Shown in pieces: positions 34,077 to 43,212 of a stretch of DNA of 64,000 nt. Source of the DNA: a virus (lineage: Duplodnaviria > Caudoviricetes); the IMG/VR virus record IMGVR_UViG_3300025270_000010, positions 1,666 to 65,665 of that record. One strand, 5' to 3'. Each line of letters starts with the position of its first letter. Positions within the stretch are counted from its first letter, which is position 1. The position numbers were made by a program, and so were the translations under genes. The notes under the pieces were generated by a model. It saw only the letters and a program-made list of their open reading frames with translations. It made no database searches and was not told the origin of the DNA.

Positions 34077-34327
34077 TGGAGCCACTCTTTAAAAAGAAGA
34101 TAGTAGAAGTAAACCCTACCGTCTTGATCCGAGAAGACCATCAGACCAAGAACGACTTCTCATTCGCCCACCGAAAACTGGTGGGTACCTTCTTTCGGGT
34201 CATCCCCCAGAGCGCCCACGAGATTTTCTTCATTCAGGGCCTCCCCAAGAATTATATTGTATTCACGCCCGAGAGTGGAGATGGGCTGATCATATCCCCG
34301 TCATGTCTGAAGGGAATGAGGCGGTGA
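34076..34327 (+). CDS. hypothetical protein
   Basis: 83-aa ORF with TAATG overlap. Confidence 0.6.
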   Translation: MEPLFKKKIVEVNPTVLIREDHQTKNDFSFAHRKLVGTFFRVIPQSAHEIFFIQGLPKNYIVFTPESGDGLIISPSCLKGMRR

Positions 34328-34815
34328 TCGTTGGGTGTGATAATGGGCTGGACGGTGGGCTGTGTGCGATTTCCGCATTCGACGGCGGGATCATTGACAA
34401 GATCGCCATGCCCACGATGCAGCGCAGCAAGAAACGGGAAGTGGCCGCCGCCAAGATTAACGAGTGGCTCACTGACTTGAACACGCCATTCACGCTGGCC
34501 ATCGAGGAACCCTTGGCGCACGCGAAAAGTTCGCAGGCCGTTCGGTCCATGGCCATGAGCTTCGGCAAGATAGTCGGGATGGCCGAGGTGAAGGGGTATG
34601 ACATCGTGCGGGTGTCCGTACATAAGTGGCAAAAAGAAATGCTGGGTAACGTCCCAAAAGGACAAACCAAAATAGCCGCCATGAAATTAGCCGAGCAGCT
34701 AGCCCCCGCTGAGAACTGGCTCAAAAACAAACGGTGCCGCACGCCCCATGACGGGATGGTCGATGCCTATTTAATTGCTCAATATATTTTGACAAGGCGG
34801 CAGAAGGAGCTATAA
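34303..34815 (+). CDS. ruvC: RuvC-like Holliday junction resolvase
   Basis: IVGCDNG, AIEE, W.K and DGMVDA acidic active-site pattern. Confidence 0.8.
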   Translation: MSEGNEAVIVGCDNGLDGGLCAISAFDGGIIDKIAMPTMQRSKKREVAAAKINEWLTDLNTPFTLAIEEPLAHAKSSQAVRSMAMSFGKIVGMAEVKGYDIVRVSVHKWQKEMLGNVPKGQTKIAAMKLAEQLAPAENWLKNKRCRTPHDGMVDAYLIAQYILTRRQKEL

Positions 34816-34816
34816 T
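34789..34816 (+). promoter_or_regulatory. consensus sigma70 promoter, leaderless
   Basis: TTGACA-16 nt-TATAAT, ATG34824 7 nt later. Confidence 0.85.
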
Positions 34817-34823
34817 CGCGCCC

Positions 34824-35927
34824 ATGCCAGACGACCATGCGGAATTCAGCCCCTCCTCCCTTAAATATGTAGCAGGTTGCGCGGGCTACCATGGGCGCGA
34901 AGAAACTAACGCCGCCGCTGAGAAGGGAACGAGGATACATGAAGCGTTGGAAGTCGAGGACACCTCCAACCTCGAAAGCGAAGAGGAGATTTCTATCTTC
35001 CAGCAGATCGTAGAAGAAGAGGAAGCATTCCTCGCCAACTACGCCCAGAGCGGGAGAAAGCAGACGGAGGATTTTAAGGAGATCCAGTTGACCGTTGAAC
35101 TGGAGGGGACATCCACATGGGGGACATGCGACCGCCTTACTATCTTCGACGATGACACGGCGGTTCAGGCCGACTACAAGACGGGCATCTCCATGATCGA
35201 CCCGCCGGAGAAAAACTGGCAGGCCCAAGCCTACACCGTCGGCAGCTTCCAGAAGTTCCCAGAGTTGAGCGAGATCACGTTTGTATTCTACGTTCCTGTT
35301 AGAAATGAGACGCTCTTCCACACGTTCACAAGGGAGGACATCCCCGCCCTTGTCAGGAAACTGTCGGATGCAATCAAGCAGGGAGAAGCCGTCCGCCCAA
35401 AATGGGACGACGGCACCCCAGAACTGCCCGACCTGACTCCCACAGTGAACTGTCGCTTCTGTCGGCACGAGAACGCCTGCCCCGCACTAGGCGGGCTGGT
35501 GGTATCCGTGGCCAAGAAAATCAATCCCCAGCTCCCTGACGTTGACATCGACTCAATCGAAGACCCCGAAGTTGTCGAGCAATTGTGGATGATCGCCAAG
35601 ATGGTTTCCAACTGGGCGGACAGCCTGAAGAAGAGGGCCGTGAACATGGCCAAGGACGGGACCGAATTCCCCAGCCTCCGGCTCAAGAACATGGGCGCGG
35701 CTAAGAGGGTTCAGGACAACATGGGTCTTGCGGAGATCGCGCAGAATTTCGGCATCGGTAAGGATGAGATGCTGGGACTAGCCAATATCCCACTCGGAAA
35801 ACTGTCCAAGGCGGTGGGCGATCAGTTCCCCAAGGGGGACCGAAAAAGAATTTCTAAAGAATTTGTTGACGCATGTCTGAAAGCAGATATAGTCACCATC
35901 TCAGAGGCGCGGCATACGCTCGCCTGA
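34824..35927 (+). CDS. PD-(D/E)XK / Cas4-like exonuclease (DUF2800-like)
   Basis: HAEFSPSS..C, GTRIHE, WGTCD, DYKTG, CRFC....CP. Confidence 0.85.
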   Translation: MPDDHAEFSPSSLKYVAGCAGYHGREETNAAAEKGTRIHEALEVEDTSNLESEEEISIFQQIVEEEEAFLANYAQSGRKQTEDFKEIQLTVELEGTSTWGTCDRLTIFDDDTAVQADYKTGISMIDPPEKNWQAQAYTVGSFQKFPELSEITFVFYVPVRNETLFHTFTREDIPALVRKLSDAIKQGEAVRPKWDDGTPELPDLTPTVNCRFCRHENACPALGGLVVSVAKKINPQLPDVDIDSIEDPEVVEQLWMIAKMVSNWADSLKKRAVNMAKDGTEFPSLRLKNMGAAKRVQDNMGLAEIAQNFGIGKDEMLGLANIPLGKLSKAVGDQFPKGDRKRISKEFVDACLKADIVTISEARHTLA

Positions 35928-35960
35928 AACAAGAAACAAGAAACAAGAAACAAGAAACCA
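35926..35960 (+). repeat. heptamer tandem repeat (GAAACAA)4 GAAACCA
   Basis: Fills the whole gap between the exonuclease stop and ATG35960. Confidence 0.95.
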
Positions 35961-36595
35961 TGGCAGCAAGCGCAATTAAGAAAGCGACGACAAACATTAT
36001 GTCGGCAACGAACATGATGATTGAACCCAGCGACATTGAGATCCCAAGGATCAACGTCGTTCAAAAAACATCCGAGATCGAGGCCCCCTTTGGGAGTGTT
36101 GTTCTCGACAAACAATTCGTCATCGCAGACCCCGAGTCGGCGGTGCCGTGCATTCCGGTCTCTGTGACCAAAGGCTGGAGGGAGGACATCCCCTACGACG
36201 AGGACGAAGTGCCTCGTATCGCTCACTCACCAGAGGAGCGGGACGAGATCGCCAAGACCTCCGACTACTCCATGTTGGAGTTTGCGGACATCACCCTTCT
36301 CTTTGAGAAGCCGGACAAAACTGACGTAGGGGCGGCTTACCCGTTTCCTATCGGTGACAAGATGTTCGCCCTCGGGCGGATCAACGTCGCCAAGGACGCG
36401 TACCGCCAGACCTTCAAAAGGCTGGCTACGTTCACCCTGTTCAACCCCGATACTCCACCCTCCACTCGGGCGTGGGACTTCACCTCGTCTGTCATCAGTC
36501 GTGGCAAGTATTCGTGGTACGCCCCGTCCCTCACGTTCACCGACAAGGAGAGCAGTGAGGCCGTCCAGAAGTTCTGTTCCACCTTCCTCCGCTAA
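35960..36595 (+). CDS. probable single-stranded DNA-binding protein
   Basis: Lies between exonuclease and polymerase; DIEIPRINVVQKTS and GKYSWY motifs resemble phage OB-fold SSBs. Confidence 0.6.
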   Translation: MAASAIKKATTNIMSATNMMIEPSDIEIPRINVVQKTSEIEAPFGSVVLDKQFVIADPESAVPCIPVSVTKGWREDIPYDEDEVPRIAHSPEERDEIAKTSDYSMLEFADITLLFEKPDKTDVGAAYPFPIGDKMFALGRINVAKDAYRQTFKRLATFTLFNPDTPPSTRAWDFTSSVISRGKYSWYAPSLTFTDKESSEAVQKFCSTFLR

Positions 36596-36831
36596 TGTCT
36601 GAGATTGATACACAGACTGTGGAAGAAGAGGTTGTCATGCTTGGTGGCATGATTGAGGAACTCGACAAGAGCATAGAAACCGCATACGAAAGTAAGCGGA
36701 AGCTCATCTCCATCCAAACCGCCTTGGCCAGCACCATTGACATGGAGCTTCCAGTAAACGACAAGAGTCAACTTAACTTGACCTTTGTCGTGGACGGGGA
36801 AGAAGCCAATGTGGACAAAGTGGAGAACTAA
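36595..36831 (+). CDS. hypothetical acidic coiled-coil protein
   Basis: 78-aa ORF with TAATG overlap. Confidence 0.65.
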   Translation: MSEIDTQTVEEEVVMLGGMIEELDKSIETAYESKRKLISIQTALASTIDMELPVNDKSQLNLTFVVDGEEANVDKVEN

Positions 36832-36934
36832 CAAGTCAGGTATCGCGGCGGGACAACCGGAGTTTATAGTGTTCTCTAGTTGTTCTGGTTAAAGCATCGC
36901 CTTGGTGGTAATCGCGTAAAAGCCACCGCACTTT

Positions 36935-36983
36935 AGCCCCTCACTGGTCTTTGTTATATTCCGCCAGTGGGGGGCTTTCTTTT
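36935..36983 (+). terminator. intrinsic terminator-like hairpin directly upstream of polA
   Basis: AGCCCCTCACTGG / CCAGTGGGGGGCT 13-bp stem followed by TTCTTTT. Confidence 0.7.
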
Positions 36984-36991
36984 GAAAAGCT

Positions 36992-38767
36992 ATGGAAACC
37001 TACGCCCTCGACTACGAAACTTACTACGATAAACAGTGCAGCATCAGGACGCTCGGCCCACTGGGTTACTTTTCCCACCCTGAGTTTGACGCCTACCTGC
37101 TCACCGTCAAGGGAACCGACGGCACGGAGTTCGTCGGCCATCCCAAAGAGTTTAACTGGAATTTACTAATTGGTAATACGGCCCTGAGCCACAACGCAGC
37201 ATTCGATGAAACCTTATATTTATATGGCGCGACCCAATCGTGGTGGCCGGAAGTCACGCCCGTCGCGTGGCATTGCACAGCGGATCTGGCAGCGTATTGC
37301 CGCCTTCCTCGCTCGCTCAAAGGAGCGACTCATACAGCTTTTGGACTAGAGGTGGACAAGACCACCCGCGACAACATGAGCGGGAAGAGGTGGGAGTCGA
37401 TGACCGACGAGTTCAGGGCCGAGGTTAGCGCCTACGCCGTCAAGGACTCCGAGCTTTGCCTTCGCCTGTGGGAAGAATTCAGTGACCGCTGGCCAGAGGA
37501 GGAAAGAATAATTAGCACCCTGAACAGGAGGATATGTCAGGGCGGCATACCCATCGACACGGACCTCCTGAAGAAGCAACTGGAGACGATCAACGAGAAG
37601 TTGTTTGAGGCCGAGTCCGGTATCCCATGGCTCGGAAGTAAACCCCTCTTGAGCCGTGCTGCATTCGACGAGGAGTGTCAGAAGGTCGGACTGGAGCCGC
37701 CTGCAAGTTTGGCAAAGACCAATCCAGAGAGCAGGAAGTGGATGGATTACAATAGCCAGAAGCACAACTGGATCGCGGCCACGCAGAACTGGCGGAGGAT
37801 CAACGCCCTCAAGAAAAAGGTGGAGAGCTTCGACGTAGCCACAATGCCAGACGGCAGATACTACGGAGGCTTTATGTATTTCGGGGCGCACACAGGGCGC
37901 TTCAGTGGGAGCGGTGGGAACCTGAACCTTCAGAACCTTCCTCGCGAGGAGACGTTTGGGATCAACCTCCGTAACCTCATATCTACAAAAGAAGGTAAGC
38001 GGTTAGTGGTGGCCGACCTGAGCCAGATCGAGGTGCGGACATTATGCTGGCTGGCTGGAGACAGAAACATGCTCACGGAGATCGAGGAGTGTGATGATAT
38101 TTATGAAGCCTTTGCGATCCGGTTTGGTCAGTGGGAGAAAGAGAACGGGCCGCTCAAACAAGACCCCAAACTCAGGCACAAAATTAAGGCGATGGTTCTG
38201 GGGTGTGGGTATGGCGCGGGTAAAAAACGCTTCGCGGAGATGTCGGGGATGACACAAAAAGAGGCGGGCGCAGCAGTCGATCTTTACCGTAGCTCAATGG
38301 ATTCAGTGACACGGCTGTGGCGAGAATTCAACAACGACATTGTAGGCGCATATAACCTATCGGAGCAGGGAATGCCCACGCCGTTCACGGTGGATCTGCC
38401 GAACGGACGGGTGCTGGACTACGGTATGATTTCGGCGGACAATGTTGAAGGAGGCCGGATACAACACACCGCCTACTTCCCCAAGGGAGTGAAGATGGTT
38501 CCCATCAAATTGTGGGGCGGGTTTATTGCGGAGAACGCTTCCCAAGCTCTGGCCCGAGATATTTTTGCGGACATGCTTGTCAGGGTGTCGAACGCGGGGC
38601 ATAACGTCATCATGCACGTTCACGATGAGATTGTGGTTGAGGCTGACGCCGATAAAGCGGAAGACGCACTGGCAGACATCCTGAGCATCATGTCCACCCC
38701 ACCGGAATGGATTGCTGACCTCCCGCTCGCCGCCGAAGGGACGACACTAACCCGATACACAAAATGA
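36992..38767 (+). CDS. polA: family A DNA polymerase with 3'-5' exonuclease
   Basis: Exo motifs LDYET, HNAAFD, YAVKD; motif A ADLSQIEVR; motif B RHKIKAMVLGCGYG; motif C VHDE. Confidence 0.95.
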   Translation: METYALDYETYYDKQCSIRTLGPLGYFSHPEFDAYLLTVKGTDGTEFVGHPKEFNWNLLIGNTALSHNAAFDETLYLYGATQSWWPEVTPVAWHCTADLAAYCRLPRSLKGATHTAFGLEVDKTTRDNMSGKRWESMTDEFRAEVSAYAVKDSELCLRLWEEFSDRWPEEERIISTLNRRICQGGIPIDTDLLKKQLETINEKLFEAESGIPWLGSKPLLSRAAFDEECQKVGLEPPASLAKTNPESRKWMDYNSQKHNWIAATQNWRRINALKKKVESFDVATMPDGRYYGGFMYFGAHTGRFSGSGGNLNLQNLPREETFGINLRNLISTKEGKRLVVADLSQIEVRTLCWLAGDRNMLTEIEECDDIYEAFAIRFGQWEKENGPLKQDPKLRHKIKAMVLGCGYGAGKKRFAEMSGMTQKEAGAAVDLYRSSMDSVTRLWREFNNDIVGAYNLSEQGMPTPFTVDLPNGRVLDYGMISADNVEGGRIQHTAYFPKGVKMVPIKLWGGFIAENASQALARDIFADMLVRVSNAGHNVIMHVHDEIVVEADADKAEDALADILSIMSTPPEWIADLPLAAEGTTLTRYTK

Positions 38768-40923
38768 CTTATCGCTATATTGAAAATCTACGCAGTGCTG
38801 CCGCAAGAAAGACCGCCGACCTTTCCAAATTCAAACCTTCAGTCCCACAGTTCTCCTCCAAGGCAGGATACAGGGCGTGGTGTGCAGACACAAAAACCAA
38901 ACATATATTTTACTCCACGGTCGAGGGACGCGCCCCATCGAAAAGGGTATCCTCTGAGAACCCCACCAACAAAGTCTACGGCATCGTGGCCGACTACGAC
39001 GCGCCCGTAAACTGGAGCATGGTGGACGGGAAGATAGCGACCATCTGTGCGAATAGCCTGCCTACATGGCGGTCGAAAACATACAGCGGATACATCCGTC
39101 TGGTCTGGGAATTTGAGAAGGCGGTTCCCGTGCCGCCGGACATGTTTGCCGCGTTCGCCAAGGAGCTGAAGAAGATCCTGAAGCTGAACAAAATCTTCGC
39201 TGGCTTCGACGAGACCTCATTAAACCCATCACAGTATTTTGAGTTGGGGTCTGACTGGCACAAGATTGGGACGCCCTTACCCAAATCAGTCGTCCACACA
39301 GCCCTCCTCAAGGCAGCAGAGACCAGCCCGCCGCAATCTGGGGACACTGCCATCCCTATTGACGTTGTTGCGGAGAAGGTGCAGAGCACCTACAGCCATC
39401 GGTGGGTGGGTCCGTTTGAAATCGGGAGCAGGGGGCCACTGTTCTGGATCGACGACGGGGTTGACCGTGAGGGGTGTCAGGTCACCGACGACGGGATGAT
39501 CTGCTACAGCGACAGGGCCGGACGCGGATTCATATCATGGCGCGACATCTTTGGGCCGTCCTTCGTCGAGGAATATGAGCAGAAGAAACTCGGCGCTCTT
39601 CTTGACGAATACTGGTTCAATGGGAAGCGGTTCTTCAAGCTGTTGAACAACATCGCCGTGGAGATACCAAGGGACCAACTCGTTCTGGAACTCCGACAAA
39701 TGGGGTTCTGCCCCCAACAAAAAAAGGGCAAGCCCCTGTCGGAGGTTGAATCCGCGATCCTCGTAATCAGCAACCAGAACCGCATCACGGAGATTGCTCC
39801 GGTGGTCTTCTCAAAAGAACGCGTGGTGGAAGAAAGCGGCAACCGTATCCTGAACACATCCACTGTAGAACCAGTAGAACCTGCGGACGATGGAGACCCG
39901 ACGCATTGGCCATTCCTATACGCATGGCTGCATCAGCTTTTTGAGAACTCCACCCCCCGACCAACCATCGAATACTTCTTGGCGTGGATGAAGAGATTCT
40001 ACGAGGCGCTCTTGGACCGAGAGGCGAGGCAAGGTCAGGCGCTGATTCTGGTGGGACCGACCAACAAGGGCAAGAGCTTGCTCTCCAACAGGGTCATCTC
40101 GGGACTGGTGGGGGGCTTCTCCGACGCATCCGATTACCTGTCTGGCCACACCAAGTTCAACAAGGATTTGGGCCGCGTAGCGGCATGGGTGATCGACGAC
40201 ACAACGAGCGCCAGTTCGTTTCAGGATCAACGGAAGGCAACCGAACTGATCAAGCGGGCCGTGGCCAACCCACGCATTGAATACATGGCCAAATACGCGG
40301 ACTCCATATCTATCCCATGGGCGGGGCGAGTAATCATGTCACTGAACATGGACGCCAACAGCTTATCCGTGATCCCTGCCCTTGACAGCAGCAACCGTGA
40401 CAAGCTCATGGCCTTAAAGGTGCGCGACAACGCGACAAGCAACTTCCCACCGAACAAAATGCTGGAAGCAACGATCAAGAACGAGTTGCCTTACTTCGGT
40501 AAGTGGCTTGTGGACTGGATAGTCCCGCAAGAAATAGAATCCTACGGACGCTTTGGCATTGTCAGCTTCATCGACATCTCAGTCTCGGCGGCAGCCTATG
40601 ACAATTCCAGCCGCTCGGCAGTGGCTGAACTGGTCGAATTCTTTGCGAAGAAATGCCGCGCCCTGAACGATACTCACAAAACATGGGAGGGAACCCTGAC
40701 CGAGTTTCAGGTCACCCTGCACGACTTCAACAATGGACGCAACGTGGGCATGTCCAATAACCTTGAGTTTGTCCGGCGGGGAATGTCCGCACTGGAGGAG
40801 GCGGGGAAGGCCAACTCGAATATCCGCCCAATCAGGTCAACCGGACGAGGGGGTGGGAAAGTCTGGACAGTGAGCATAGAGGCGCAGTATGACATCATCC
40901 CTTCCACTATAGCCGTATCATAG
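38764..40923 (+). CDS. primase-helicase (AEP-like N-terminus, SF3/DUF5906-like NTPase)
   Basis: VADYD and SKTYSGYIRLVW at the N-terminus; Walker A GPTNKGKS and WVIDD; coupled to polA. Confidence 0.75.
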   Translation: MTYRYIENLRSAAARKTADLSKFKPSVPQFSSKAGYRAWCADTKTKHIFYSTVEGRAPSKRVSSENPTNKVYGIVADYDAPVNWSMVDGKIATICANSLPTWRSKTYSGYIRLVWEFEKAVPVPPDMFAAFAKELKKILKLNKIFAGFDETSLNPSQYFELGSDWHKIGTPLPKSVVHTALLKAAETSPPQSGDTAIPIDVVAEKVQSTYSHRWVGPFEIGSRGPLFWIDDGVDREGCQVTDDGMICYSDRAGRGFISWRDIFGPSFVEEYEQKKLGALLDEYWFNGKRFFKLLNNIAVEIPRDQLVLELRQMGFCPQQKKGKPLSEVESAILVISNQNRITEIAPVVFSKERVVEESGNRILNTSTVEPVEPADDGDPTHWPFLYAWLHQLFENSTPRPTIEYFLAWMKRFYEALLDREARQGQALILVGPTNKGKSLLSNRVISGLVGGFSDASDYLSGHTKFNKDLGRVAAWVIDDTTSASSFQDQRKATELIKRAVANPRIEYMAKYADSISIPWAGRVIMSLNMDANSLSVIPALDSSNRDKLMALKVRDNATSNFPPNKMLEATIKNELPYFGKWLVDWIVPQEIESYGRFGIVSFIDISVSAAAYDNSSRSAVAELVEFFAKKCRALNDTHKTWEGTLTEFQVTLHDFNNGRNVGMSNNLEFVRRGMSALEEAGKANSNIRPIRSTGRGGGKVWTVSIEAQYDIIPSTIAVS

Positions 40924-41454
40924 GGACAGGGGCGCTCTCAGACTGGAGATCGGGATGTGGTAACCCGACACCTTGTAGACAAACCCGTATTCGTCCTCAT
41001 CCCCCTTCCTCTTGAACTCGCCCTGTTCCAACAGGCGGTTCTTGGTTATCCATCCCAGCATCCACGCCCGTGTCAGATCCTTGCGGACGCGGACAAAGAA
41101 GTAGTGGCTGGCACGAAGCGGCTTGCTCTCCCCACAGACCACCGAGGCCGTATAGTGGAGCTTGGGCTTGTCGCGGCATGTCTTCGACTTTACGTCGATC
41201 TTTCTATTCCCCATTAAGTAGTCATGGGTCATGCTGTAGTTGCCGACGTATTTCGATTCAGGGAATAGTAGCTCAAATGCGATCTCCCCAAGGAACCCAG
41301 TCATGCGTCCGGCCCCACGGGTGAACGAATTCGGGAGCACGCCAAGGCGCTGGCTTCGCTCGAATGCCTGTTTTACATTTTCGGAGTTCGGGGTGAACCG
41401 GATAAGTTTGCCCCTGCCCTCTTTTGAGAACTGGCGGGGCAGCTTCTTCTTCAC
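40918..41454 (-). CDS. putative PD-(D/E)XK endonuclease
   Basis: GEIAF...DY...IDVKSK...YFFV...GW pattern. Confidence 0.6.
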   Translation of the reverse strand: MKKKLPRQFSKEGRGKLIRFTPNSENVKQAFERSQRLGVLPNSFTRGAGRMTGFLGEIAFELLFPESKYVGNYSMTHDYLMGNRKIDVKSKTCRDKPKLHYTASVVCGESKPLRASHYFFVRVRKDLTRAWMLGWITKNRLLEQGEFKRKGDEDEYGFVYKVSGYHIPISSLRAPLSL

Positions 41455-41458
41455 AACA

Positions 41459-41662
41459 TCAGTAGCCGCCCTTCAGTCTCTTCTCGACGGCATCAGGGAA
41501 AGAATCGCGGGTCCGCGAGGTCTTCTTCTTTTTAGAGGAAGAATGGACGTAGCCTCTCTTCCCAAGCGCGATGTGCTGGTCGTATGTATTTGCACGCGAT
41601 GACTTACCCGTCTTGGGGTGGCGCATTACGTGGGGCTTGAAGTTTTTCTTGGTGTAGGGCAT
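41459..41662 (-). CDS. small basic conserved phage protein
   Basis: KNFKPHVMRHPKTGK...A.T...H....GYVH; start set to ATG41662, just after the upstream stop. Confidence 0.6.
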   Translation of the reverse strand: MPYTKKNFKPHVMRHPKTGKSSRANTYDQHIALGKRGYVHSSSKKKKTSRTRDSFPDAVEKRLKGGY

Positions 41663-41667
41663 GTCTG

Positions 41668-41964
41668 TTAGACTTGAAATCTTTTCAGGAAGCGATCCCA
41701 AGAAGGCCAGAAGATCTCATCCATGCAGCGAATAATAGCCTCCTCCTCGTAATTCTCACAAAACCCAAGCCCAGAGAGGGACAGGGCTGCATGGAGCATC
41801 TCGTGACGAATCGTATCGTGCAGGTCTTTTCCGGTAAGGGTTTTGTCAATCGTGATAAGTTTTCGTTTGTGTGAATAAATCCCGTAGCAGTCATCCTCAC
41901 TCAGATCCCTGAAGTTGATCCTCACGCGGACCCCCGCCATAGTGATGCTCTTCGGGATGTTCAT
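41668..41964 (-). CDS. small zincin-like metallopeptidase
   Basis: TIRHEMLHA (HExxH) preceded by YG....I.I. Confidence 0.7.
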   Translation of the reverse strand: MNIPKSITMAGVRVRINFRDLSEDDCYGIYSHKRKLITIDKTLTGKDLHDTIRHEMLHAALSLSGLGFCENYEEEAIIRCMDEIFWPSWDRFLKRFQV

Positions 41965-42536
41965 CGGGGGGTAAAATTGGTTAGGGCGTGCGCGTAAACC
42001 GCCGCCAGCTTGTTTCGGCTGTCGTCGATCATCCGCCATTCTTCCGAATGGCTGCCAAAGAAAGGCTCTGCGATTACGGAATAACAGTGCGTCCTCCTCA
42101 AAAAAGCAGAACCGCGTTGGCGGGGACCGCGTGCTTTGATGCCGCGTGACTTCATATCGGGATAAGACCTCTCCATCGAATCACGTAGTGCCGTGGCCAA
42201 TTGTTGGCCTCCCCTGCTTGTGGGCCAATACAACCACTCGTGGCCCCTCGCGGTGGGGGAGGCGGAATTAAAGTGAAGTTCGATTGCGGCAGTAACGCCA
42301 TCTTCCCACAGCTTTCGGGATATGTAGCTTATTGCCCCACTGTAACTGCGGGCGGGGTAATGGTCATATATGGCATAGTCCTCACCGATGGCCCACCCAT
42401 GTTCGTTGCTCAACAAATGCCCGATTCGGCGCACCAAGTCCCTGTTGAAATCCCACTCCGACAGGATGTTGTCACCTGTAGTATAGGCTCCCTGATCACC
42501 TAGCCGCGAATGCCCTACGCATAACCCGATTTTCAT
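41961..42536 (-). CDS. endolysin, N-acetylmuramoyl-L-alanine amidase (Amidase_3)
   Basis: LCVGHS, EWDFN, ELHFNS, GHE, FLR..VIAEPFF. Confidence 0.9.
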   Translation of the reverse strand: MKIGLCVGHSRLGDQGAYTTGDNILSEWDFNRDLVRRIGHLLSNEHGWAIGEDYAIYDHYPARSYSGAISYISRKLWEDGVTAAIELHFNSASPTARGHEWLYWPTSRGGQQLATALRDSMERSYPDMKSRGIKARGPRQRGSAFLRRTHCYSVIAEPFFGSHSEEWRMIDDSRNKLAAVYAHALTNFTPR

Positions 42537-42703
42537 TTTTTGAATTTAAAAAGAAGCCGATACAGGGAAGCAAGACCGACCGCGATCCCGACCACCAGCG
42601 ACCCAACACGCAGCCAGAATTCAAACTGTTCCTGCATACTCGTGATAAGCCCTATGGTGGGTGCAGCCATGCCGACTAGAGAATCTATGATGCGCGGGTT
42701 CAT
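42533..42703 (-). CDS. putative holin-like membrane protein (56 aa)
   Basis: MNPRIIDSLVGMAAPTIGLITSMQEQFEFWLRVGSLVVGIAVGLASLYRLLFKFKK; ATGA overlap with the endolysin. Confidence 0.6.
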   Translation of the reverse strand: MNPRIIDSLVGMAAPTIGLITSMQEQFEFWLRVGSLVVGIAVGLASLYRLLFKFKK

Positions 42704-42924
42704 CACTTCTCTCCGATGATAACGGCCCTCCTATAGCTGTAGTCGCTGTGGAACTTGTGGTCTTCCCGACCCACCAGACTGCCCTCACAGAACTCGTAGA
42801 CCTTACCCTCCTTCAGCGTGATCGTCGGGGGATCGTATAAGGCGGAGGCGTTCGCGCTTGATGCGTTTGGCAACTCGTTCCATCCGCAGCTTGCTAACGG
42901 GATCACCATCAGCGGCCAGAGCAT
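42703..42924 (-). CDS. putative o-spanin lipoprotein
   Basis: Hydrophobic N-terminus with lipobox LASC; overlaps the upstream gene in another frame; lies in the lysis cassette. Confidence 0.55.
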   Translation of the reverse strand: MLWPLMVIPLASCGWNELPNASSANASALYDPPTITLKEGKVYEFCEGSLVGREDHKFHSDYSYRRAVIIGEK

Positions 42925-43027
42925 CAAGACGATCCTCCAGCGCGTCGAGGTGCCTGTCCCTTTGCAATCTGATATGTTCGATGTAGGCATTGAGGGCAGC
43001 GGTCAGCAGTTGGAAGAATGTCCTCAC
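42803..43027 (-). CDS. putative i-spanin (GTG start)
   Basis: Weakly hydrophobic N-terminus followed by a coiled coil; GTGA overlap with the upstream gene. Confidence 0.45.
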   Translation of the reverse strand: MRTFFQLLTAALNAYIEHIRLQRDRHLDALEDRLDALAADGDPVSKLRMERVAKRIKRERLRLIRSPDDHAEGG

Positions 43028-43203
43028 TTGGATTTGGCGCGGCCCACGTTCAGGGCCATCCACGATACCACGCGACTTACGCGTGCCACCCATTTGTTAT
43101 CCGATTCATTCGGCGTCATGGTCGCGATGAGTGAAGCCACAGCAATTACGCTGGCCACGATTTGCAGAAGCTGCTCTGAATTTTCGATGATGTATTGGAT
43201 CAT
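43024..43203 (-). CDS. putative holin (59 aa)
   Basis: IVASVIAVASLIATMTPNESDNKW...LNVGRAK resembles small phage holins. Confidence 0.6.
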   Translation of the reverse strand: MIQYIIENSEQLLQIVASVIAVASLIATMTPNESDNKWVARVSRVVSWMALNVGRAKSK

Positions 43204-43212
43204 GGTAGGGGG

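Noticed and set aside
36841-36930. tRNA-like element upstream of polA
   Set aside because: No T-loop (GTTCRA), D-loop or cloverleaf could be built; no tRNA genes recognised in the window
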